Source: Macrostomum lignano
Lineage: Eukaryota
Reading direction: 5' to 3'
DNA length: 64,000 bases
Assembly: GCA_002269645.1 (NCBI GenBank)
Contig: NIVC01000020.1
Coordinates: 186,001 to 250,000, forward strand
Part shown: positions 10,301-22,300 of the stretch, in pieces
Layout: each line of letters opens with the position of its first letter
How positions within the stretch are numbered: position 1 is the stretch's first letter
Position numbers and translations under genes: made by a program
Notes under the pieces: model-generated
Seen by the model: the letters and a program-made list of their open reading frames with translations, nothing else
The model's database searches: none
What the model was told of the DNA's origin: nothing

Positions 10301-13300
10301 CCTGATTGCATGGTGCACTCCAGCAGGTGTTTTAAGTTACGCTAATATGTTAATAGTGTCCATTATGTTAATGATTTCCATCAGTTGTGTGTAGCCCATA
10401 CTAATTATGGTTATTATTTGTTGCTGCTGGCAGAGCACTCCAGCTAATAGCCGCTGCATAGTAACCGATGAGCTCACTGCTCCAGCCACTGCCATCTAAC
10501 AACCCTCGGCAATCCTCATTTTGAATTTCACAGCGCGAATCTGCGCCAGACGTGAGCGGCAGTTTCAACGGCAGCAGCAGCCTGGGCTCGATTCCCGGCC
10601 GAATGCCCGCGGGCGGAGCAGCCGCCGGAGGTCGGCGAATGCCGCGGATGAGCACCCTGGACCAGACCTCCTCGATGATGACCCGGTCCGCCATCGAGGA
10701 GGAAGACGAGAGTGAGTCTCTGCAGTCAGTTTGAATCAGGCGCATTCAAATTGCTTTGTTACAATGCATTAAACCCGGAAATTGTTAGCGGGATTTCTTA
10801 GAAACCACTTTTAAATTTTGCAGTGTGAATTTTATCCAGTCCAGCTTCTGAAGCACGCATCCGGGATGAAAGACTCGTGTTGTCAAATTTCAGTTTCAGG
10901 AAATGCTTTTGGAAATCTTTAACAACTTCATCCATCCGATTGGATTCAACCAGCCAAAGAAATGCTGAGTGAAACACATGGGGGGGTACGAAGGGGGAAT
11001 CATCTTGCCAGAGCTTTTTGTCCTTTTTTACACGATCGAATTCCCGCCCGCACTCAAACCGGAAGTCACTAAAGACTGGGTTGACTGCGAGTTCCTGCCG
11101 GAAGTTGCCGGGGCCGTCGGGCTGCCATCGAGCCCGCCCAGCCCGGAGCCGCTGACTGGCAAGTGTGCTGCGGCTGTCAAGTCTTTCTTTGTCAACACGG
11201 TGGAGGCTGCAATGAATTACTGAGATTGCATTGGCTTTTGAGGTGGCGGCTGTTCTCAGTGTGTTAGGGACTTCGTGAGGTGGCGGGAAGCAATTAAAAT
11301 AATTACTCTGCTAATTTTCTCCGCCGATGAGGTGATGGCACTTTGGTGCGTGCCGATCAGCGAGCTTGACTTGGGGGCTGATGGGGATTTCAAGAGCTGC
11401 CGAATTCGCCTGATCCCCGGGCCACCTCCCCCCCCTCAACCCGACTCTGCAGCCGGCGTGCCCTCAGTTGACCTCGGCTTGTCGGGCGGCAGCGGCCACC
11501 TGGGCGTCTCGCACAGTCTGTCAAGCTTCCCGGCCAGCGGTGAGCAGCAGCGCTGAAAGCCCCAAAATCCGCTCTGCCTGCCCTTCAAATGTGTCCGACT
11601 GTCCTGGTTGCTCTGCCTGCCCCCCCCCCGAATGTGTCCGACTGTCCTGATTGCTCTGCCTGCCCCCCGAATGTGTCCGACTGTCCTGATTGCTCTGCCT
11701 GCCCCCCCCCCCGAATGTGTCCGACTGTCCTGATTGCTCTGCCTGCCCCCCCGAATGTGTCCGACTGTCCTGATTGCTCTGCCTGCCCCCCCGAATGTGT
11801 CCGACTGTCCTGATTGCTCTGCCTGCCCCCCCGAATGTGTCCGACTGTCCTGATTGCTCTGCCTGCCCTTCGAATGTGTCCGACTGTCCTGATTGCTCTG
11901 CCTGCCCCCCCGAATGTGTCCGACTGTCCTGATTGCTCTGCCTGCCCCCCCGAATGTGTCCGACTGTCCTGATTGCTCTGCCTGCCCTTCGAATGTGTCC
12001 GACTGTCCTGATTGCTCTGCCTGCCCTTCAAATGTGTCCGACTGTCCTGATTGCTCTGCCTGCCCTTCAAATGTGTCCGACTGTCCTGATTGCTCTGCCT
12101 GCCCCCGAATGTGTCCGACTGTCCTGATTGCTCTGCGAGCCCCAAAGCTGGTTTTGGCTTTCATAGCAGTCCCCCCCTGTTTGCTCACTGCTCAACCCCC
12201 GCACCCAAAGCGCTCAACTTGCGCGCTGAAGGACGGCTCGCATGGGAAAAGAAAAGAAAGGATTAGGAAGGACGTGGAAGGGCGAAGACCGTCATAAAAA
12301 AAGTGCAGAGAGAGGGGTGGGGAAGCAGGGCTGAGCAGGGAGTCGATCTGTTCCGCGGCGTAAACAAGCCAGCTTTTGCCCTGCCAGCCCAAAGTCTCAA
12401 AAAGGAAAATAGAGGGGGGTCTCAGCTTTTGTCGGGCAGACAACGAGGCAGAGGGCTGGCGGGGTCGCACCTGTCCCCTGTACAGCAGGACAGAGCCGCA
12501 GTCTTGATGAACCAATTAGGCCAAAGCATTGAACCAGCCGAGCCCCACCTTCCGCGCGCTGGGCCTCCCATCATCAATTGAAGAGTTGAGCAGCTTTCGT
12601 GCTCAGCTCTGCACATTGTCGCCCACGTGTGCCCGATTAATCCGTTGATTGCACGCGCCAACTCTTTGATCATAAAACTTACTCTCTTTCTTACTTTTGG
12701 TTTGCTGTGCTTTTATTCAACTTAATTCGGCTTGCATGCTGTGCTAGGCTATTTTTAGCAACACGATCGCCGCTAGAAGTGCAAAATCTACTGACTAAGG
12801 CGGATTTGGCTGAGCCGGTTGCTGGCTGATTCCCCTGCCTGAGTTGGACAGGAAATGAGGATTTCTGAGACGACACCCGTTGAGCATTCGGTTCCGCTTT
12901 CGCAATCCCACACGGCTTCAAATATTAGCGATGAGAAACTTGTATTTGAGACCAATTAGTTCAAGGGCTTTTGAAGCTTTTTACGGCGGGCCTCACTCGC
13001 GATTGCAGAGCCGGAGATGATTTTATGGGAAGGACCGCCCTGTTTCTTAGAAAAGTTCCCTGCCGAGATGGGAAAGTATCAATTTGTCAACACAAACTGT
13101 TTCTTAGAAAGTTCCCTGCCGAAATGGGAAAGTATCAATTTGTCAACACAAACTGTTTCTTAGGAAAGTTCCCTGCCGAGATGGGAAAGTATCAATTTGT
13201 CAACACAAACTGTTTCTTAGAAAGTTCCCTGCCGAAATGGGAAAGTATCAATTTGTCAACACAAACTGTTTCTTAGGAAAGTTCCCTGCCGAGATGGGAA

Positions 13301-16300
13301 AGTATCAATTTGTCAACACAAACTGTTTCTTAGAAAGTTCCCTGCCGAAATGGGAAAGTATCAATTTGTCAACACAAACTGTTTCTTAGAAAAGTTCCCT
13401 GCCGAAATGGGAAAGTATCAATTTGTCAACACAAACTGTTTCTTAGAAAAGTTCCCTGCCGAGATGGGAAAGTAACAATTTGTCAACACAAACTGTTTCT
13501 TAGAAAGTCCCCTGCCGAGATATGAAAGTATCAATTTGTCAACACAAACTGTTTCTTAGAAAGTCCCCTGCCGAGATGGGAAAGTATCAATTTGTCAACA
13601 CAAACTGTTTCTTAGAAAGTTCCCTGCCGAGATGGGAAAGTATCAATTTGTCAACACAAACTGTTTCTTAGAAAAGTTCCCTGCCGAGATGGGAAAGTAT
13701 CAATTTGTCAACACAAACTGTTTCTTAGAAAGTTCCCTGCCGAAATGGGAAAGTAACAATTTGTCAACACAAACTGTTTCTTAGAAAGTTCCCTGCCGAA
13801 ATGGGAAAGTATCAATTTTTCAACACAAACTGTTTCTTAGAAAAGTTCCCTGCCGAGATGGGAAAGTATCAATTTGTCAACACAAACTGTTTCTTAGAAA
13901 AGTTCCCTGCCAAGATGGGAAAGTATCAATTTGTCAACACAAACTGTTTCTTAGAAAGTTCCCTGCCGAAATGGGAAAGTATCAATTTGTCAACACAAAC
14001 TGTTTCTTAGAAAGTTCCCTGCCGAAATGGGAAAGTAACAATTTGTCAACACAAACTGTTTCTTAGAAAAGTTCCCTGCCGAGATGGGAAAGTATCAATT
14101 TGTCAACACAAACTGTTTCTTAGAAAGTTCCCTGCCGAAATGGGAAAGTATGAATTTGTCAACACAAACTGTTTCTTAGAAAAGTTCCCTGCCGAAATGG
14201 GAAAGTATCAATTTGTCAACACAAACTGTTTCTTAGAAAGTTCCCTGCCGAGATGGGAAAGTATCAATTTGTCAACACAAACTGTTTCTTAGAAAAGTTC
14301 CCTGCCGAGATGGGAAAGTATCAATTTGTCAACACAAACTGTTTCTTAGAAAGTTCCCTGCCGAGATGGGAGAGTATCAATTTGTCAACACAAACTGTTT
14401 CTTAGAAAAGTTCCCTGCCGAGATGGGAAAGTATCAATTTGTCAACACAAACTGTTTCTTAGAAAGTTCCCTGCCGAGATGGGAAAGTATCAATTTGTCA
14501 ACACAAACTGTTTCTTAGAAAAGTTCCCTGCCGAGATGGGAAAGTATCAATTTGTCAACACAAACTGTTTCTTAGAAAAGTTCCCTGCCGAGATGGGAAA
14601 GTATCAATTTGTCAACACAAACTGTTTCTTAGAAAGTTCCCTGCCGAGATGGGAAAGTAACAATTTGTCAACACAAACTGTTTCTTAGAAAGTTCCCTGC
14701 CGAGATGGGAGAGTATCAATTTGTCAACACAAACTGTTTCTTAGAAAGTTCCCTGCCGAGATGGGAAAGTATCAATTTGTCAACACAAACTGTTTCTTAG
14801 AAAAGTTCCCTGCCGAGATGGGAAAGTATCAATTTGTCAACACAAACTATTTCTTAGAAAGTTCCCTGCCGAAATGGGAAAGTATCAATTTGTCAACACA
14901 AACTGTTTCCTAGAAAAGTTCCCTGCCGAGATGGGAAAGTATCAATTTGTCAACACAAACTGTTTCTTAGAAAGTTCCCTGCCGAAATGGGAAAGTATCA
15001 ATTTGTCAACACAAACTGTTTCTTAGAAAAGTTCCCTGCCGAGATGGGAAAGTATCAATTTGTCAACACAAACTGTTTCTTAGAAAAGTTCCCTGCCGAG
15101 ATGGGAAAGTATCAATTTGTCAACACAAACTGTTTCTTAGAAAAGTTCCCTGCCGAGATGGGAAAGTATCAATTTGTCAACACAAACTGTTTCTTAGAAA
15201 GTCCCCTGCCGAGATGGGAAAGTATCAATTTGTCAACACAAACTGTTTCTTAGAAAGTTCCCTGCCGAGATGGGAAAGTATCAATTTGTCAACACAAACT
15301 GTTTCTTAGAAAAGTTCCCTGCCGAGATGGGAAAGTATCAATTTGTCAACACAAACTGTTTCTTAGAAAGTCCCCTGCCGAGATGGGAGAGTATCAATTT
15401 GTCAACACAAACTGTTTCTTAGAAAATTCCCTGCCGAAATGGGAAAGTATCAATTTGTCAACACAAACTGTTTCTTAGAAAAGTTCCCTGCCGAGATGGG
15501 AAAGTATCAATTTGTCAACACAAACTGTTTCTTAGAAAAGTTCCCTGCCGAGATGGGAAAGTATCAATTTGTCAACACAAACTGTTTCTTAGAAAAGTTC
15601 CCTGCCGAGATGGGAAAGTATCAATTTGTCAACACAAACTGTTTCTTAGAAAGTTCCCTGCCGAGATGGGAAAGTATCAATTTGTCAACACAAACTGTTT
15701 CCTAGAAAAGTTCCCTGCCGAGATGGGAAAGTATCAATTTGTCAACACAAACTGTTTCTTAGAAAAGTTCCCTGCCGAGATGGGAAAGTATCAATTTGTC
15801 AACACAAACTGTTTCTTAGAAAATTTCCTTGCCGAGATGGGAAAGTATCAATTTGTCAACACAAACTGTTTCTTAGAAAGTTCCCTGCCGAGATGGGAAA
15901 GTATCAATTTGTCACCACAAACTATTTCTTAGAAAGTTCCCTGCCGAGATGGGAAAGTATCAATTTGTCAACACAAACTGTTTCTTAGAAAAGTCCCCTA
16001 CCGAGATGGGAAAGTATCAATTTGTCAACACAAAGTAATGCTTTCACTGGAAGCAGATGTGAAGCAGTTGAGATGAGCCGGAAACAAATCAAATCAAATC
16101 TAGATCAAATTTAGATGCCATTGCTCTGGCCTCTCTGCACCCTGCAGCCAGCCGCTGCTACAGGCGGCTCCCATCCCCGCATCCCCGCAGACCACTCCGG
16201 AAGCAACGGGGTGCCGCCCGTCATCCGCAAGGTGCAAGACGCCGCCGCCGGCTTTGGCAGCCGCCTCGGCCTGTCGCTTTCGCAGAGCTTCACCAGCGGC

Positions 16301-19300
16301 GTCGCCCGCACCGGCGGCGGCCGTCGGTCTGGCGGCCTCGACGACGACGAGGACCTCGATGATGAGGATTCCGGCGGCTCTGACGCTGAGGCCTTCAACT
16401 ACGACAGTCTGGTGGACGAGTCGCCAAAGCGGCGAGCCGCCTACGCTGGCGGCGGCAGCGGCAGCGGTGGCGCTCAGGCCCTCCAGGATGGGGCCAACGG
16501 CGGCAGCGGGAAGCCGCGCAGCGAGGACTCCGGGATCGACAGCAGCAACAAGGACGCCAGGAACTTGCTGTTAGTACTGATTTGCTGCGGGAGCCCCCTG
16601 TCAGTGCCCCCCTCTGACCTGTGGGAGCCCCCTGTCAGTGCCCCCCTCTGACCTGCGGGAGCCCCCTGTCAGTGCCCCCTCTGACCTGCGGGAGCCCCCT
16701 GTCAGTGCCCCCCTCTGACCTGCGGGAGCCCCCTGTCAGTGCCCCCCTCTGAACTGCGGGAGCCCCCTGTCAGTGCCCCCTCTGACCTGCGGGAGCCCCC
16801 TGTCAGTGCCCCCCTCTGACCTGCGGGAGCCCCCTGTTAGTGCCCCCCTCTGACCTGCAGGAGCCCCCTGTCAGTGCCCCCCTCTGACCTGCGGGAGCCC
16901 CCTGTCAGTGGTCAGTGCCCCCCTCTGACCTGCGGGAGCCCCCTGTCAGTGCCCCCTCTGACCTGCGAGAGCCCCCTGTCATTGCCCCTCCCCGCAGACA
17001 AATCTGACAGGAAATCAGGGACTTGCAAAGCCGCTTTCCCAGAGCCGATTTCTCCAAAGTTTACTGAGTAATTCCCTCCGGTAGGGGGGCAGATTCGCTT
17101 GTCCAGGAACTGGCTCAGCCGTCTGCAGACAGCAGGAGTGCCTCGGCACTGCAGTGCAGAATTCAGCCAGACCTGCACTGACGCAGTTGTTTGCACAAGC
17201 AGAAATTTGTTCTGCGTCTGACTATTGAGCAGCAGACGCGGCCGTCTTCCCAACGCTTCTTTTCCGTCTCAAAAGCTATGCAGGCGATCCGTGAGGCGGT
17301 TGGGAGCCCCCAGCGTTCCTGAGCCCTGGTGGCCTGGTGGCAGCCGCTCAGCTGAGAGTTTTGAAATTTGGCTGCGCTGCTGTTTTGGGTGCAACGAGTG
17401 CGCGACTGGCGCGCTGGCACTGCAAATCTCATTAGGAATCTCATTGGGAATCTCATTGGAAATCTTATTGGGAATCTCATTGGGAATCTCATTGGAAATC
17501 TCATTGGAAATCTTATTGGGAATCTCATTGGGAATCTCATTGCAAATCTTATTGGGAATCTCATTGTAAATCTCATTAGGAATCTCATTGCAAATCTCAT
17601 TAGGAATCTCATTGTGAATCTCATTAGGAATCTCATTGCAAATCTCATTGGGAATCTCATTGCAAATCTCATTGGGAATCTCATTGTAAATCTCATTGGG
17701 AATCTCATTGTAAATCTCATTGGGAATCTCATTGTAAATCTCATTGGGAATCTCATTGTAAATCTCATTAGGAATCTCATTGCAAATCTCATTAGGAATC
17801 TCATTGTAAATCTCATTAGGAATCTCATTGCAAATCTCATTGGGAATCTCATTGCAAATCTCATTAGGAATCTCATTGTAAATCTCATTGGGAATCTCAT
17901 TGCAAATCAAATTGGGAATCTCACTGCAAATCTCATTAGGAATCTCATTGCAAATCTCATTGGGAATCTCATTGCAAATCTCATTGGGAATCTCATTGTA
18001 AATCTCATTGGGAATCTCATTGTAAATCTCATTGGGAATCTCATTGTAAATCTCATTGGGAATCTCATTGCAAATCTTATTGAGAATCTCATTGGGAATC
18101 TCATTGGGAATCTCACTGCAAATCTCATTAGGAATCTCACTGGAAATCTTATTGGGAATCTCATTGGAAATCTCATTGCAAATCTCATTAGGAATCTCAT
18201 TGGAAATCTTATTGGGAATCTCATTGGAAATCTCATTGCAAATCTCATTGGGAATCTCATTGCAAATCTCATTAGGAATCTCATTGGAAATCTTATTGGG
18301 AATCTCATTGGAAATCTCATTGGGAATCTCATTGTAAATCTCATTGGGAATCTCATTGCAAATCTTATTGAGAATCTCATTGGGAATCTCATTGGGAATC
18401 TCACTGCAAATCTCATTAGGAATCTCACTGGAAATCTTATTGGGAATCTCATTGGAAATCTCATTGCAAATCTCATTAGGAATCTCATTGGAAATCTTAT
18501 TGGGAATCTCATTGGAAATCTCATTGCAAATCTCATTGGGAATCTCATTGCAAATCTCATTAGGAATCTCATTGGAAATCTTATTGGGAATCTCATTGGA
18601 AATCTCATTAAGAATCTCATTGGGAATCTCATTGAGAATCTCATTGCAAATCTCATTAAGAATCTCATTGAAAATCTCATTACGAATCTCATTATGAATC
18701 TTATTAAGAATCTCGTTAAGGATCTCATTGCAAATCTCATTGGCTTGGGCCGTCCCTTCTCAACCCTTTTGACTTCAGCAGCTCTCAGTCGGACGACTCG
18801 CTGCTGGACCCCAGTAACCGGGTGCACGACCTGGAGCAGGAGCTCATGTGAGTGCGCGCCCTGCGGCTCTTTTTTTGTGGGAGATTTTCGATTTATTTAT
18901 TATATCTTATCAGTTATAATATGAGTCGCAGGTACTATGAGGCCAAGTTAATCTTACTTTATAGCTGATAATTTATAATTTATAGTCGAAGAAATTCACC
19001 ACTTAACTATTCGAAATTTTTAATACAAAGTACAATTCGGTAATACTATTCCGAGATATATTGTATACGAGTCTGGGACTATGAGACTCTGGGACTATGA
19101 GACTCTGGGACTATGAGACTCTGGGACTATGAGACTCTGGGACTATGAGACTCTGGGACTATGAGACTCTGGGACTATGAGACTCTGGGACTATGAGATT
19201 CTGGGACTATGAGACTCTGGGACTATGAGACTCTGGGACTATGAGACTCTGGGACTATGAGACTCTGGGACTATGAGACTCTGGGACTATGAGACTCTGG

Positions 19301-22300
19301 GACTATGAGACTCTGGGACTATGAGACTCTGGGACTATGAGACTCTGGGACTATGAGACTCTGGGACTATGAGACTCTGGGACTATGAGACTCTGGGACT
19401 ATGAGACTCTGGGACTATGAGACTCTGGGACTATGAGACTCTGGGACTATGAGACTCTGGGACTATGAGACTCTGGGACTATGAGACTCTGGGACTATGA
19501 GACTCTGGGACTATGAGACTCTGGGACTATGAGACTCTGGGACTATGAGACTCTGGGACTATGAGACTCTGGGACTATGAGACTCTGGGACTATGAGACT
19601 CTGGGACTATGAGACTCTGGGACTATGAGACTCTGGGACTATGAGACTCTGGGACTATGAGACTCTGGGACTATGAGACTCTGGGACTATGAGACTCTGG
19701 GACTATGAGACTCTGGGACTATGAGACTCTGGGACTATGAGACTCTGGGACTATGTATTCTGAGGCTCATATTCACTGATGCTTTCATTCCTCTTCCGCC
19801 TGTGGCTCCGCAGTAAGTGCAAGAAGGAGCTGGCCGAGCTGATGAATCGGGACACGGCGCTCAAGGAGGTGCTGAAAAAGCGCGATGCGCAGATTGCAGA
19901 GCTGGACATGAAGCTCAGCAGGTTAGAGCATCTTGAATCTGAGCACCAGGAGAAGGGGTAATCGCCTTTCCTTACCGATTTTCCTTTTTTGTGTTTCTCA
20001 CCTGTTCACCCATGCTAGCAGCCTGTTTAGCCAGTTCTGATGCCGCTATCGCACCCAGCTGCTGTGCAGCCTCCCCAGTCTGTGAATTGCATGCCGATTT
20101 TTGCTGTGTTTGAGAGGCCGGGGCGCCTCCCCCCCGCGCCTCTCTCTCTGCTTCCCGTTCCCGGCCACACTTGATAGACAGTTAGAGCTGAAGCCGCACA
20201 ATGGGCGCCTCTTCCACGCTCGCTCCGCCGGTTGTTTGCTGTTCTAGCGCTGCCGACTCCGCCGCTGCTGCTCCCGCTGAGGCCGAAGCTGAGAAGCCTC
20301 GGGAGAAGCCGGGCGGAGCCGCCGCCACCGCCGCCGCGGGTGCGGACTCCGCCGTCCCGCAGCCGCACCTGTGGGAGCGGAGCGTCATCAGCAAGCTGCC
20401 AATCTACCAATACCTGCGCTACTTCGAGCGCTCCCGCTCGGCAGAAATTTCGCCAAACTTTCACCTGGATGCCGGCTTCAGAATCTTTCGGTACTTTCCT
20501 CCAGCAGCAAAATTCGGAAGCAGAGGCGAAAAACTTCCTTGGAAACAGTTTCCTCCAAAATACGCCCTTGAAAATTTTCGGGGTCCTTAACTCGCGCCTC
20601 CCTGAATAACAGCTTACTGTCTCCGACCCGGTGGCGGTTCCTTGGTGACGTGGAAACTCGCTGCTTTCCTGTGGGTGGCGGTGCCGGTCAGACCATTCAG
20701 TCTGAGGGCTGAATGCTTGGCTTTTATCGAATAGCGACAGTTCAATAATTAACCCCATTGTTTTAACAACTTGCTGAAGCACCTGCAGATGCCATGTACT
20801 ATTGTGCATGTAGTTTCTTGCCAATTTTGTACTCGCCACCGCTTTTTTTATAAAAGTGCACCCGCACCGAACCTACATTTCCTAAGTACAAAGTTTCTGT
20901 GGAGGCTTTCTTGACCATTAATTTCGTCCATCAATTTCAGAACGATGCGAAATCGATCAACGGCTCTGCCGAGCTTCAAGTCTGAATCGTAAGTGGCGCC
21001 CGTGATGTGTTGTAACACCTTGACCTGCTGCAACTTTGACCTGAGCTGGCACTTTCCAGTGCTACCAGCAGCATGAAAACTGCGTTTGATTACTCACTGT
21101 CTAGCGTGTCATAGCACTGTCCAGCATGTCCTAGCACTGTCCAGCATGTCCTACCGCTGTCCAGCATGTCCTACCACTGTCCAGCATGTCCTACCACTGT
21201 CCAGCATGTCCTACCACTGTCCAGCATGTCCTACCACTGTCCAGCATGTCCTACCACTGTCCAGCATGTCCTACCACTGTCCAGCATGTCCTACCACTGT
21301 CTAGTGTGTCCTCTTCCAATTTTTCCCATGTTTTTTTGCCTCTCTGAAACTCTCAGCCCAATGTGTCCCCGACACAAAATCCAGTAAATCCAATCAAGGC
21401 GCTGGCCTCCACCAACTCCACATCGCAGTGCTATGCGTGACTGGGTGACAGCCAAGTCCGCAGACCTCAAGCAGCTGGAGGAGCAATGCCGCATCCTGCA
21501 AAACAACAACCGCTTTTTGAACAACGAGGTCAAGAAGCTGACCAACCTGCGCCAGATGGAGCTGGAGAAGTTTAAAAACCAGGATCGGTTAGCGGCACGC
21601 AAAAATTTACAATTTGCTAATTTTGCTTCTAATTTATGTTCGCTTTTGGCAAGAAGAAGCAGCGGTCAATTTCAGAATCTACCGCGAGCAGAAGCTGGAG
21701 ATTGAGAACTGGAAGCGGGACTACCTGTTCCTGCTGCAGTCCTGCATCACCGTGCCCACTGGAGACGTGTCGGACGGCTTCGAGCTGAATGTCCACGGCG
21801 GACACCGGGTGAGTGAGCCTTCTTCCGCTGTCAATCAGATGAATCTGAAGTCATTTTTCCTGAAAAATTTCACACCGAACTCTCCCGAGAGTGTCCACTT
21901 CAGTGTTTTTAGAACGGACTTATTTGGCGCAGCTAAACAAAGTTTTTCATTGAATTTCCACGCTTTCTACCCTGGGTTTAATGGGATTGAGTGGGATTGA
22001 CTTTCAGCAACGCTCAACTCAAGAAAGATTGAAAGTTTTTGTTTAACCCCGGTATTCCTTAGCGCTGCAGAATTCCAGTCTGCTTCGAGACCAAATAGTT
22101 TCACATTGCAGCCGAGCTCGTCATTCCCTGAGACGAAATCTCAAATCCCCTTCCTGTTCACCGTGGCCACTTCAGCACCGGGAGCGGCTGACTGAGCTGC
22201 TCGAGGACGCTCGCACCGTGAACCCACGTCTGCCCACCTTTGAGAGGTGAGTTGCTACAGCCGCGTGCCTGGGACTCTGAGTCACTGCAGCGACCGACTG

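Noticed and set aside
10969-11223. Extra TBC1D2 exon or AT-AC intron end (EFPPALKPEV...)
   Set aside because: No usable AG acceptor or U12 branch point; not needed for phase.
13040-16034. CRISPR-like array (regular units with a short palindrome)
   Set aside because: Units are head-to-tail with no unique spacers, no cas genes are present, and the array lies in a spliceosomal intron.
17163-18924. 518-aa (NLIG)n ORF and overlapping minus-strand ORFs
   Set aside because: Produced by a stop-free 12-bp repeat inside a TBC1D2 intron; out of frame with the next exon.
20848-21033. Minus-strand ORF (LQHITGATYDSDLKLGRAVDRFRIV) as a nested gene
   Set aside because: Short, no recognisable family, no supporting splice chain.
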